A stretch of DNA of 43,515 bases, the filler included, from Jimgerdemannia flammicorona (Eukaryota), in assembly GCA_003990765.1 (NCBI GenBank). It is 2 parts of 2 records of this genome, joined end to end, with 100 filler letters (N's around TTAATTAATTAA, not from the genome) between each part and the next. Parts side by side here need not be neighbours in the genome. Positions count along the whole stretch, not along the records: positions 1 to 21,708 come from RBNJ01001406.1; 1 more part is not named here. The stretch is one strand, 5' to 3'. Shown here in pieces: positions 1 through 12,099 of the stretch. The notes under the pieces were generated by a model. That model saw nothing but the letters and a program-made list of their open reading frames with translations. It was not told where the DNA came from and ran no database searches. Position 1 is the first letter of the stretch. Every line of letters begins with the position of its first letter. The translations under genes were made by a program, and so were the position numbers.

Positions 1-1189
1 TATATCAAAAAAAAAAAAAAAAAACTATAATTAGCTAAGTAATATTGAGAAAAGATAAAAATATTCTAATAAAGTTTTAGTATTAAGAGAAAAATTTTAA
101 GTATTTAAAAAATACTAAAATATTATAAAATAATTATGAAAAAATAAGAGAAGACTAGATTAAAAATATAAAAATATACTATAATTAATAAAATTATTAT
201 ATATATAAAAACTGTTATTATAACTATAAAATCTATAGAAATAATATATAGAATCTACCTTTATCTTTATCAATATCTTTTCAAAAAGAGAAAATATAAT
301 AGCACTCAGTAAGCTACTGCTATAAAAAGATACCAAAAGACCAAAAAAAAATCAAAAAGACTGAGAAAGATGAGATCAAGAAGACTGAGAAGGATGAGGA
401 GACAGAGGAGACCAAGGAGAACAAATAGGCTGAGAGAGGAGAGAATATATAATTTATAATTTTGAAATAAGGAATTATTATATATATATGTGAATTTTGC
501 CTTTGGCTTTATTTTTATTTTCATTGATTCAATAAAAAACTGATAAGAACTGATGATGTGGATTGATGCTAAACCTATAAGAACTAATTCCTATCTAAAT
601 TTGGATTTTGCTCATGATGGTCCGATCCTCATGATAGTCCGCCACCTGTTCGACAATGGCACGTGCGACTCTTTTCCGCAGTTAACATTTAAGGTAATTA
701 TGTTTGCTGGATGTATTATTATTTGATTATATTGATTGTATTGAAAATAGACAACTGCTATCATGTGTGATCCACCTTGTAATACACAACCCGTTCGAGC
801 TTCCGAACTCCGTTACACTGTTGGTATGTGCAGCAATCCGCGTAATTACCAAATACATTGTATTTTCCGGACAACAATACATCTTGGATGCCCTCATAAC
901 TTTTACCTTGATTCAAGATTGGCTCACATAATGCACTTTCCATAATCCTGCTTTTCGAATATAGGTCGAAATCCTAAGACTGTTCAGTAAACTCCAGCCC
1001 CCTGAAACCCTCCAGCCCCACAGCCTCTCCCGCCCGCCCCAGTCCCACGAACCCCGCAATCCCAATTGTCGCGCCCCGATCCATAGGGTGGTCTGTTTTG
1101 ACAGTTCTCGAGTCCAGGATCGTCTGCAACTCCTTTTCAGTGCAAGTCCCTTTCCAAGGTAATGTCTTGGCTGTGTGAAGGTAATTGTG

Positions 1190-1235
1190 TGGATCACGCA
1201 TACTTTTTTTTTTTTATAGTCTGGATCACGCATAC
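1190..1235 (-). mobile_element. Micro LINE-type (TPRT) insertion: GACTAT+poly(A) between 14-bp target-site duplications
   Basis: TGGATCACGCATAC at 1190-1203 and 1222-1235 flanks T12 (1204-1215) plus ATAGTC (1216-1221). The reverse complement GACTAT(A)n matches the GACTATAT(A)n 3' ends of the two LINEs in this window. Confidence 0.75.
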
Positions 1236-1350
1236 TTTCTAACACTCAGTGCCAAAATCAGATAAAAGGCAGCAAAATTACCACTCTCCCTTTTCTTTAC
1301 AGCATTTGCCCTTCCAATTTATTCCATTTCCACCATCCTACTCATCCATA

Positions 1351-2112
1351 ATGTCTCGTCTTGTTATCGCCCTCCTACTATGCTTTCTGATAGTGGTTAT
1401 TGCTCAACCTCAGGCCTCTACCTCAGCGGCTGATCCGACATTCACGCCCGCGACCACAGTTACGCCTTCGCTCTTCGCCGGTCCTTCGTCGTCGGTCGAG
1501 TTTTCGCTGTCGTCGACCCAGCCTTCGTCGTCGGCTGGGCCTTCGTCGTCGCCGACCGAGTCTTTGTCGCAGGCGGACAAGCCTTCCACCACACCTTCGA
1601 CCACTCCTTCGGCCATGCCTTCGGGTACGCCTACCTTCGTTGATCCCGGACCGTGCGTGGACAACTGCAGCCTTGTAAGCATAATTTTTACCACGTCTTC
1701 CCTATTCCATCTTCAAACCGCTCAGCAATTAACCGCTTTTTCCTCTCCATCTCTCCCTTCCCAGACTATCGGCAAAGCTGTTTGCGGTAGCACCTTCGCT
1801 AATGACCCTATTGCCAACAAGACGTGCATCTGCTCGACCACCAACGGCTTCCAGGCTCAGGTCTCCTCTTGCTTCCAGACAAACCAATGCCCAGCAGCTA
1901 ACATATCCATCGCCATGAACCAGACCTCTCAAATTTGTGGAAATATGACCATGAACATGACCACGGCTAACACGACCATGAATCCGAATGCCGCCTCCAC
2001 CTCCGCCACCGTCTCGACCACCGCGTCGCCGAAGCCCAACGGCGCGGAAGGCCTGACGGCGGGATTGTACGTCTTCACGATCGCAGTGGTTCTGGCTAGC
2101 ATGCTTTTGTAG
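1351..2112 (+). CDS. Secreted Ser/Thr/Pro-rich CFEM-domain protein, probably GPI-anchored; exons 1351-1674 and 1765-2112, ~223 aa
   Basis: ATG at 1351 opens a hydrophobic signal peptide (MSRLVIALLLCFLIVVIA). Phase-0 intron GTAAGC(1675)...ATTAAC branch point (1728-1733)...pyrimidine tract...CAG(1764). The spliced product has 8 Cys spaced C-x3-C-x8-C-x13-C-x-C-x12-C-x5-C-x15-C, as in CFEM domains. The C-terminus PNGA followed by a hydrophobic tail (LYVFTIAVVLASMLL) fits a GPI signal. CpG is retained, unlike in the surrounding TEs. Confidence 0.88.
   Translation: MSRLVIALLLCFLIVVIAQPQASTSAADPTFTPATTVTPSLFAGPSSSVEFSLSSTQPSSSAGPSSSPTESLSQADKPSTTPSTTPSAMPSGTPTFVDPGPCVDNCSLVSIIFTTSSLFHLQTAQQLTAFSSPSLPSQTIGKAVCGSTFANDPIANKTCICSTTNGFQAQVSSCFQTNQCPAANISIAMNQTSQICGNMTMNMTTANTTMNPNAASTSATVSTTASPKPNGAEGLTAGLYVFTIAVVLASMLL
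1675..1764 (+). other. 90-nt spliceosomal intron (3n, stop-free)
   Basis: GTAAGC donor, ATTAAC branch point, polypyrimidine tract and CAG acceptor. Removing it restores CFEM Cys2-Cys3 spacing. Confidence 0.85.
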
Positions 2113-3003
2113 ATAGACCCAACGAAATGTAATGATGATTACGTGCTTCGACGAGTAGATTCATCAACAAATTGCTTAGAGCAATTCTTGTATCACTTAA
2201 TAAATTCCAGTATATATAGCGCAACAGCAATGCTTGAGTTTGATTCTCCCAAAGTATCAAGTTGAATGTATAATCTTATCTACTGGATAAAACAATTTCA
2301 CAGAAAACGTATTATTCCAGCCGTACACCGGCCAGCGTGCCCATCCTCTGGAATGTCCGCGGGTGACGTTAGCGCGATCCTGAGGTCCAGAGGGCCGACC
2401 CCTACTAGTAGATAAAATGGCCAGCCAAAGCTTACGGGTTTGGGCATGCGACTTACGCCATTCCACAGCATGACAACGGAAGTCACCAGGTTGAGGCTTG
2501 GCGTACCCTACAAATGGAAATTTATAGCGTAAAGAAAAAAAGCGCCCCTTTAATCTATTCCAGTAAGTGCTTTGTTCGGAACACCTTTTTTTATTTTATT
2601 TTTATATTTATCTTTGCTTGCAGAACCTTCTCATCGTGTGAAACCGGCACCCATAAAGGTTTGGAGCTATTTGCCCTCCCTATCTTGGGATGTTCCCACA
2701 AAGAGTGTAGCTTTTTTTAAACAATGTGACGTAACCCCAACTTTACGAATGGATCTAAGCCAACCATGCCTAGTCAACACTGTGATTTTCACTCTGCATA
2801 AGCCCCATCAAGCAAAGTCTTCATTGAGACCAACTAGAGCAGTCATCATTCGAAGGAGAAGCTCTTTGGGACACTATTCTATTTATTATCTATTTATAAT
2901 ACCAGTACTGAAAGATCTCTTAGCTATCTAAATTCTAATTGATCTATTTACATATGCTGAAAGTTTTCTCAAATATAATAACCACTTTTTTTCTCAACTT
3001 TTA

Positions 3004-4097
3004 GGTAATAAAACTATATGCTGATAGAATTAATACATTACAGATAATCAATAGTAACTATCAGCTCTAAGTTCTGAGTTCTTAAGAAAGTGCTATTCCA
3101 ATTATCTATTGTGGTAGAGTTCAAGTATTGCTTTTAGATTCTTTTGCTAGTGGGAGGGCTGTACTTGTATTCCAAGTTGATCAGGCTCAGAATTATTAAT
3201 AAGTTGGATCTGAGAGTTTCTTGTAATAAGAATACTGCTTTATTCTTATATTCAGAGAAAGTGGAGCTGAGGTTACAATACATTCAGTATAGAGAATATT
3301 TATATATATTTAAAGACTATAACTAAATATAGTATATTAAGTATATCTATATATAGTTATACTACTTTGGATAACTATAACTACTAGTTGGAAATTCTAT
3401 AGAAATTTCTGTAGAATTTCCATTAGAATTTTCAAAGACTTATAGATATATATATATAATAATTTCTCTTCTTTATTTAAGCCTACTCATTAGACTTAGT
3501 ACTAAACTCTAGATATTTGTTAAATTGAAGGATAGTATACTAAACTACTTAAAAAACAATTTTGCTCTATTATTCATTATTCAAATTGATAATATTCTTA
3601 GAAGATACTCTATGAAGATAATCAAGAACTTAGAGTTAAGTACAGAAAAGGATATAGAGTCTTTTGGTAACTATATAAGTGTGGTTGTCAATAAAAAGAT
3701 AGTCTCATTGTTTGATAGCACTGAGGGTAGCTTATTGATAGATAAGACATTCTATCTTATAGTACTTCTTAAGTTCTTATTAATATTAGAAAATCTGAAA
3801 TTATTGGATATTATTAGACTTTATTTAGATCAGAGTATCTAGAGATTCATATATATGGTAGTTCAGTAAAATTCCATTGATATTCAATTGCTTTAAAGAT
3901 AGTGGTGGTAATTTTTTTCTTAACTTATTCTCAGTATTATTACTGGATACTTATATTGGGAGAGAGGGGGATAGATTATCTATATAAAATTATTTAGGCT
4001 ATTTATACTTCTTTTCACTGAAGTTATTCAGAAGTATAACTGTCTTTTGGAAATTTTATCAGAATTTTCATTATACTAAATATTTATATATATCAGA
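3004..4097 (-). mobile_element. Gypsy A' 3' remnant: 3' LTR (~3004-3460), PPT (~3461-3478) and degenerate accessory ORF
   Basis: 3004-~3440 is the reverse complement of the LTR at 4098-4532. A purine tract (AAATAAAGAAGAGAAA on the minus strand) abuts it. Upstream on the minus strand the frame reads KKYYKIECLI...VTKRLYILF. Confidence 0.7.
3500..3950 (-). pseudogene. Gypsy accessory ORF (copy in A'), stop-riddled
   Basis: Minus-strand translation from ~3776: ELKKYYKIECLIYQ*ATLSAIKQ*DYLFIDNHTYIVTKRLYILFCT*L*VLDYLHRVSSKNIINLNNE**. A TATA-like GTATAAATAG lies upstream at 4008-3999. Ends approximate. Confidence 0.6.
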
Positions 4098-4532
4098 TAT
4101 AATGAATCATTACAAGTCTCTGGAATTTTTAACAAAAATTTCTGATCAGTAATCATAGTTATCCAAAGTAGCATAACTATATATAGATATATATACCAAA
4201 GTATACTATATTTAGTCATAGTTTATAGATATATATAAATACTCTCTATACTAAGTAAATTACAATCTTAGCTCTGCTTTCCACAATATAAGAATAAAGC
4301 AGTATTCTTATCACAGAAATCTCAGATCTGACTTGTTAACAATTCTGAGTCTGATCAACTTAGGATACAAGCACTATCTCTTCTAAAGTAAGAACCTGAA
4401 AATAATACTTAGACTCTGTCATATTAGGCAATTCAGAACTCAGTACTTTCTCAAGAACTCAGAACTTAAAGCTAATAGTTACTATTGATTATTCACAATA
4501 TAGTAATTTTATCAACATATAGTTTTATTACA
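4098..4532 (+). repeat. 5' LTR of Gypsy A
   Basis: Starts TATAAT (inferred mutated TGTAAT) and ends ATTACA. Contains TATAAAT and AATAAA. Followed by a PBS-like TGATAATAGTG. Inverted copy at 3004-3440. Confidence 0.7.
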
Positions 4533-6339
4533 ATTTGATAATAGTGATCAGTTTCTTACCATCTATGAGCAACTCTTCTTTAAGAACACTATAAACAATC
4601 AGATAGATCAATATTATCAATATTGATAGTAATAGTTAAGAAACACCTTCACTCTAAATACTCCCCAGATCTAAGCCAAAGAATTTAACAGAATTATCAC
4701 CAAGTAGATCAAAACTCACACCAGCTAAGAAGAGTTTGATAAACTCAATAATGAAATAATCTAAGAAGTATTCAATACTTTTCTCATACTCAATAAAAAA
4801 GTCCCTTATACTCCAGAACTTAAGAAGAGATTCAACAATCTAATTGGTAGTCACTTTTATAAGAAATATATATAAGAATCTATCAAAGCTATAACTAAAT
4901 ATTTCTTGAATTTTCTTCTGAATAATTGCTACTATAAGGCCAAGGCTTTTCTGAACTATAAGAGATACTATATCTACTAGAAGAAATCCCACTTCTACTA
5001 TTGAATTATCTGTATATAAGTAAGAATAATCCAGCAACAAGAGTCACAAGCTGCTGGACTTAGTAGAATTCTTGCCATATTATCCAGACCTAGAAGAATA
5101 ATTAAAAAAATCCCCAAATCTGATCTTGGTAGCCTCAGTACTATTATAGAACTACCACCAAGGATATCAAGCCTACTCAAGATTACAGCAGACCCAACAA
5201 TTACCTCATTGAAACTATTAGTCTATAGATTCATCTATCTTAGTAATATTATAGAAGAATTAGCCCCAATCTACAATTGATATATGATAGTAATTGAAGA
5301 AGAAGAATCTCAACCATCTCACCAAACAGACAATATAGATAGCAGAATAGCATCAACCAATGATAAGATAGTAGTATTTGCTGACCAGATAGTCATACTC
5401 ACTCAAGCTCTCTATTTTAGTATTAAAATGAACAAGCCTACAAAAGGTCTCTACCTCACTTCATTTGAAGGTAAAGCAGACTAAGTAACAATATTTATAG
5501 GACAAGTTAATATCAACTACTATACCAATAGTTGGAATGATAACTGAAGGCCAGAAAATATTCTTAAAAACAATATATACTATAATATTGAAGAGCTCTA
5601 TGCAACTGCAAACTCACAAGTAGAAAAGATCACTATATATTTTATAGACACAGCTGCCCAGTAGTGGTACAATCTACTAATACATCCTCTCATCTGGGAA
5701 ATCTGTACTGAAATCCTTGCAAGTGATAGAGATGATAATTATCTTAACTACAAAGCCTACTCAGCCACCATAAGATTAAAGGAGCTAATCATTCAGCAGT
5801 TCTGTAATAGAAAAGAAGATCTTAAAGTATTTATCACAAGACTAGAAACCCTCTTGAACACTCTAGGATCAGAATATAGTTATTAAGAACAGATAATAAA
5901 TGGAACCTGAGCTGCCTATTTTTTTAATACTATCTCTGAATAGTTATTAGAAAAAATCTGTAAGTAAGGATGACTCTATAATTGCCCATATAAGCAATAG
6001 TACCTAGGACAAGCTGTTATCCAAGCATGTACTATCCTCATAGCTCAAAGACTAAGAGATAATAGAAACAATAACAAAGGAGATAAATAATATTAATTTG
6101 AAAAGAAGTATAAATCATAGAATAAGTCCTCAAGATCACCAAGAGGATTTAAGAAACTATTCAATAAGAAAATAAAAGAACTCATAAAGAAAGAGTATGT
6201 TTCTATTGCAAAAAGAGAGAACATATGTCTTATGAATATCCTGATAAGAAGACTAATACAAATAAAGAACCATCCTCCTCCTACACTATCACTATAATAG
6301 GAGATAACTCTAAAGAAATTTCTGAAAAAATCAAGGTCA

Positions 6340-6740
6340 AGAGATTTTACATTACCATAAAAATTCCAGATAAGGTACATAAATCTTATATTAGCTATAT
6401 ATAATCTCTACTCTAGTATAGAAGTAATCATTGAATCAGGCAAGTAAGCAATCATTAGTACAGGTGTTGAAATAGAAGTATCTAAGAGAACCTACATCTG
6501 CCTTACAGAAAGAAGTAGTCTGGCCAGAGAAGAGAAACTCCATATAGCTAGAGGAGTTATAGACCAGGAATTCAAAGGTACAATCAAAGTCCTATTGTAT
6601 AATACTGGATAAAAGACTGTCAAAATCAAATGTAGAAAACAAATTACCCAAGCTATCATCAAAGTAATATGTAATGACCTCAAAGTAGAAGAAACAAGTG
6701 AACTGTCATCTTCTGATAGAGGAGAAAAAGTCTTTGGATT
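6340..6740 (+). pseudogene. dUTPase domain of Gypsy A (between gag knuckle and protease)
   Basis: ISTGVEIEV...ERSSLAR...RGVIDQEFKGTIKVLLYN...QITQAII...SDRGEKVFG match trimeric dUTPase motifs 2-5. Confidence 0.9.
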
Positions 6741-9370
6741 AATAGAAAAGTACACAAGGAGAAGACCAAGATACAGAAGATTATTCATATTGAAGAACTC
6801 CAAGATCAAGACCAGAAATAGTACCAGTACATTGCTGATAGATATATTGTCACAGGATGATACCCCTATAGAATCAAGATATACTATTTCAAACATAGAA
6901 GAATGTATTACATATGTCCTCAAATCCAAGAAATATAAGCCAACCATCCCAGAATTATAGAATGAAGAGATCAAAAACATCAATAATGAAGATGGAAAAG
7001 CACAAGATTGGAAAGAAGAAGCTACTCTAGAAATAATTGCTATCTAGTAAGAGATTAATACAGAATGCATCTACCTATAAAGGAAAATTAAAGAAAATAC
7101 TATTGAAGTTCTGATTGATAGTAGAGCAAGCAAATACTATCTCAATTAAGAAACTGCTAACAAATTCCACCTCAAGATGCAAGAAACCTCAGAAAGAAAC
7201 ATTGCCACCTTTGATAATAGAATAATATAGAAACTTTCTAAGATATATAAGAATATATTACTACAACTTAGAAACTATACTACAAGACAATTCTATATTG
7301 CATATCTTCTAAGATATAATCTTATTCTCAGAAAATCCTGACTCACTCAAGAGAATCCTTATATCAATTGGTAAATCAATACAATTTCTCTAGGAGATAT
7401 CAAGCTACAATCTGAGCAAACTAAAAAGAAACCAAAGTCTAGATATGATATCATCTCTGTCATCCAAATGGAGAAGTTAATTTGAAAATCAGACCAGTAT
7501 ATCTACATGTATATAGTAAAAAAAAAACCTCAGAAGAAGATGATGAAGAACTTTCTGAGTTCCTAAAAGATGAAGATAATAAGGAAGATAATCTCTAAGA
7601 ACTCCTTAATAAATATGAAGATGTCTTCTAAAACCTCAAGGAGTGCCACCATTCTGAGCAGTAGAATACAGCATCAAAACTATTTTCAATTGTAACTCTC
7701 TCTATCGGGAAATCTACTGATTAGCCCAATCTAATTTAGAGACCCTTGAAGAACAACTAGTAGAATTAACAAGCAAAGAACTTATCTATCTATTAAAATC
7801 ACTATATAATGTATCAATCTTCTTTATTTACAAGAAGGATAGAAGTCTCTGTATATATATTGACTACTAAGCACTCAATAAAATCTCAGTCAAGAACTAA
7901 TATATACTCCTAAGAATCAATAAACTACTTAATCAAGTATATAAGGCCAAGATCTTCCCACTCATCAACCTTGTATCTAAATATTACCAAATTCATATCA
8001 AAGAAGAGGATATTCCTAAAATAGTCTTTCAAACAAGATTTGGCCATTATGGATTCTATATAATACTATTCAATCTCACCAATATATCAGCAACTTTCCA
8101 AATACTGATGAATGATATTTTTTGAAAATATCTTAGAGTCTTTATTCTGATCTATCTGAATAACATTCTGGTATAAGGCATAAGTAATATTATTTACTAA
8201 CAGTACCTATAAATAGTTTTTGATATACTCTATGAATACAAGCTCTTAGTAAAAAAGAAGAAATACCATTTCTTTAAAAAGAAAATTGAATATCTAGGGC
8301 ATATATACATATCATCTCTAAAAATAGTATTACTATTGATCCTAAGAAAACCCAAGCAATCTACAATTGACCTATCTCTAAGACTTTTAAGTCTTTACAG
8401 AGATTTAATAGACTAGTAGAATATTATTAGAGATTCATTCAAGAATTCTCTGCAATTATTATCCCACTTACAAGTCTTGCTAAGAAAGGAGCCAATATTG
8501 AAAAAGAATAGATAGAGGTATACACTATGACCAAGAATACCCTTAAGAGAATATTAATAAATATACTAATCCTAATCAGTCCTCACCCAATAGAACTATT
8601 TATAGTCACCACTGATACTTCCAATATTACTATTAGAGTAGTTCTGATCCAATATAAACATCTTGTCTCAGAAACTCAATGAGTATGAAAGAAACTACAC
8701 AATAAAGACAAGAAACTCTTTGCTATCATCTGATCCCTACAAGCATGAAGACACTTCTTTCTTAGTAAAAAGTTCACCTTATGGACTGATCATCAAGCTC
8801 TGTAATATATCTAGATACAGCCAATCCTCACAGAAAGATAAGCCTGATGGATGTAGATTCTCACACTCTTTGATGTTGAAATCAAGCATATTTCTGGAAT
8901 GAAGAATGAAGTAGCTGATGTACTCTTCTGAAGTACTCAAAAAGAAGACCTCACAGTAATTAGCAATATTATCACTAGTCTATTCAAAGAAGTTAAGAAA
9001 GAGTATATCAAAGATACCAATATATATATATATAATCATCAGAAAAATCCTCAAAGAAGGCAGCAATATTATAAAGAAAGTCTACAAGAATATATCTGTT
9101 CAAAATAGATATATATATCTTAATAATATAAGAATCTAGATCTCTGATATCCCTATCTACTTATGAATCCTATAAGAACTCTATAATATACTTATAGCTA
9201 GTTATATGGAATTTGACAAGATATATATACTAGAATATTACCCAAGACTTCTATTAGCCCAAAATAACTTTAGATATCAAGAATTATATTGTATCCTGTA
9301 ATACCTGCTAAAGGTATAAGCCCAGCAATTAGATACCAACTAGTACTCTACAACTACTACTAATTCCTAT

Positions 9371-11429
9371 CTATCTTATTACCTTTGAGTCCTACAAGTT
9401 AGTCCCAGCTAAACAAAAGCTAGCCACTCATAAGAAGGAGCTACTGACAATAATATATATACTAGACTACTAGTAATACTACCTAGAAGATATTGAGGTT
9501 AATATTATACTGACCATTAAGTACTTAAGTATATTAATACCCAATCTACTCTATTATATCTGTAAGCCAAGTGGAGTCTCAAGCTTCAAATCTTCAATTT
9601 GATGATTATCTACAAGTCTGATAAAATACTTATAGTACCAGATGCCTTATCTAGACATCCAGACCTTACTATAATTATACAAGTTACCTTGATATCTGAA
9701 TTTCTAGACCAAATCAAGCAAGCTTACCAAGAAGATATTATTGCTACTAGAGTTTTCTTAAATGAGCTCAAGGATATATATACTATTGAAGATAATCTAA
9801 TCTACTATCAAGACCAAGTCTACCTATCTGATAACATAAACCTATACTATAAGATTCTGCAAGAACACTATGACTCTCTTCTTACTGTTATTTTAGAATT
9901 GAGAAAACTATCAAAAACATCCAGTATCACTACTATTGACCAAGTATAGTTAAGGAAATCAAGAACTATTTTACTAGCTATAACTTCTACTAGTGCAATA
10001 AGTCTACCAATCAAGTACTAGCTAGTTTGCTATAACTATTACTAATTCTGACTAAGAAATTTAAGTAAGCTACAATAGACTTTATAACTCAGCTACTATA
10101 AACTCAATCTAAGTACTAATGCTATTATCATATTTATTAACCATCTGACTAAGACTATGGTTACTAAACCAACTACTACTAATATTACTGCACTCAAGAT
10201 TGCAAGAATCTTCTTCAAGTCCATCTTCTATTACTATGACCTACTATAAGTAATTATCAGTAATTATGACCCCAAGTTCATCAGTTACTTCTAATAAACT
10301 CTATTTAAGACTCTAGAAATCCAACTGGCTATGTCTACTATCTTTTATCTACAAATTGATAAATAAACTGAGTATATAAACAGAACTCTAGAACAGATAC
10401 TCAGAAACTATATTTTTTATGAATAAGATGATTGAGACTATTACTTAACTTATATAGAATTTGTATATAATAATGCTATCTAATCATCTACTGATCTTTT
10501 CCCCTTTTGTCTACTCTATAGTCAAGATCTCAAGACTCCTGCAAGTTTAGTCTCTTTCAAGAAAAGCAGTCAAATATAAGTCTCTACTATTAAGAACCTT
10601 ACAGACAAAATAAATGAACTACTCAAGATTGCTACCATGACTCTCCAGAAGATCCAATAGTATCAAGCTAAGTATGCTGATAAGAAATACCTATACTATT
10701 AGAGATCAAGTCCTACTGTCTACTGAGATATTCAAGTCAACTACCTATTAAACAAATTCCAACCCAAGTATATTAGATCCTTTGAGATTACTGAATAAGT
10801 CTCTGCATCCTCCTACTATCTCAAGCTACCTGAAATCATAAGAGTATATTTAGTCTTTTATATATCACATCTCAAGATCTGGAACCAGTCATCACTCTAC
10901 CTTGGTCAAATTTTCAAGCCATCTGTCCCTATGATTATTAAAGACCATATTGAGTATAAAGTTAAGAAAATCCTTAACAAGTAAATCTGCTACTATTGTT
11001 CTAAATATCTAGTCAAGTAGATGGGCTACCTTGAATATGATACTATCTGAAAACCACTGGTCAATCTCAAGAACTCTCAAGACCTAGTTCAAGACTTCAA
11101 GATAAAATACATTACCTAATCCCTATAGTGACTTTTTTGAATTATGGATGATCTATAGCAATAACCAGAATCTTATACATCAGAAGTTTACTTTGGGACC
11201 TTGAAACTAGCAGAATATCTAGTAAATAAGAAGTCTACTAAAATGAAGCTACTAGCTGAATTTGAATCTCTCTCAGTTAGTTAATTTAATAATAGACTCT
11301 CTGCTCTATACAAGGATAGCTAGTCCTCACCAATGTACTAATATAAGTTTGAGAAATTTTGGTTAAGTATATTTAGTCTTATATTACCTAAGAACTTAAT
11401 AAGGATATTAGTTTTTAAGAAGAGAGGGA
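9371..11429 (+). mobile_element. Chromovirus-type Gypsy B: RNaseH-integrase-chromodomain-PPT, degenerate
   Basis: RNase H (ITFESYKL..ATHKKELL; VPDALSR), integrase core, chromodomain EYKVKKILNK...KYLVK*MGY...NLKNSQDLVQDF (~10950-11100). PPT AAGAAGAGAGGGA (11417-11429) is followed by TGTAAT at 11430. Confidence 0.88.
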
Positions 11430-12050
11430 TGTAATAATTTTATAATTATATTTTAGTTATAGTACTTTTTTACATTCTTTTGCTAGTCTTTTCTTATTTT
11501 TATATATATATTCTACTATATTCTAGTATCTTCTAAATGTCTAGAAATCTTCTCTTGACATTAAGATATCACTAGAACATTCTTATCTTTTCTTAGTATT
11601 AAGTATCTTATCTTAGCTAGTTATAGACTCTTTTGGAATATTGTAGAATTCTATTAGTCATCTTTATCAAAAACCTATTTCTTGGTTTTTCTCTTCTTTT
11701 CTAAGATTCTTCTGGATCTTTCTTTCAGATTCTATATAAATATCCTTATTCTCTACTTGAATAAAGCTCCAAAATATTTTTTCCCAGAATTTCTTTAAGA
11801 ATACTTGAATCTATAAGTATCTCTTTGAGCTACTTTAGGCCTACTAGAATTACCAGAACTTAGCTACTTCTTCTTAAAGAAACTAGAACTATTATAAATA
11901 CTATCAATAAGGTTGTTATCTGATTGAATAATAATGAACTTAGAACTGATGATGAATATAAGAAGAAGAAGAAGATTGAAGATATAATTAAGTAATTTAT
12001 CTCAAGAACTACCTTTAAAGCTACTCCTAAAGTTATCTCTGAAGTCTTCA

Positions 12051-12052
<2 letters not shown>
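11430..12052 (+). repeat. 3' LTR of Gypsy B (5' part; sequence continues at 17877 after the LINE; end not resolved)
   Basis: TG start directly after the PPT; TATATAAATA near 11733; split by the LINE TSD. Confidence 0.65.

Positions 12053-12099
<47 letters not shown>

Larger units (their letters stand above)
4098..9370 (+). mobile_element. Ty3/Gypsy element A (gag-CCHC-dUTPase-PR-RT-RNaseH-start of IN), degenerate, 3' truncated
   Basis: Zinc knuckle VCFYCKKREHMSYEYP (~6195-6243), dUTPase (~6340-6740), protease LIDSRAS (~7110), RT (IDY*ALN ~7860; FNLTNISATFQ; IYLNNILV ~8150), RNase H (VTTDTSN ~8605), integrase zinc finger to ~9370. Many stops and frameshifts. Confidence 0.9.

Noticed and set aside
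1..600. Poly(A) at 7-24 and AT-rich degenerate sequence
   Set aside because: Probably a retroelement tail plus decayed TE, but there is too little context to assign.
1249..1350. N-terminal extension of the 287-aa ORF call
   Set aside because: Starts at GTG; the signal peptide begins at ATG 1351, and the call also reads through the intron.
2257..2931. Short ORFs and CpG-containing sequence downstream of the CFEM gene
   Set aside because: No recognisable motifs or consistent exon structure; cannot support a gene call.
3958..3972. Plus-strand purine run resembling a PPT
   Set aside because: Not followed by an LTR start. It lies within minus-strand element A', between its TATA-like box and the accessory ORF.
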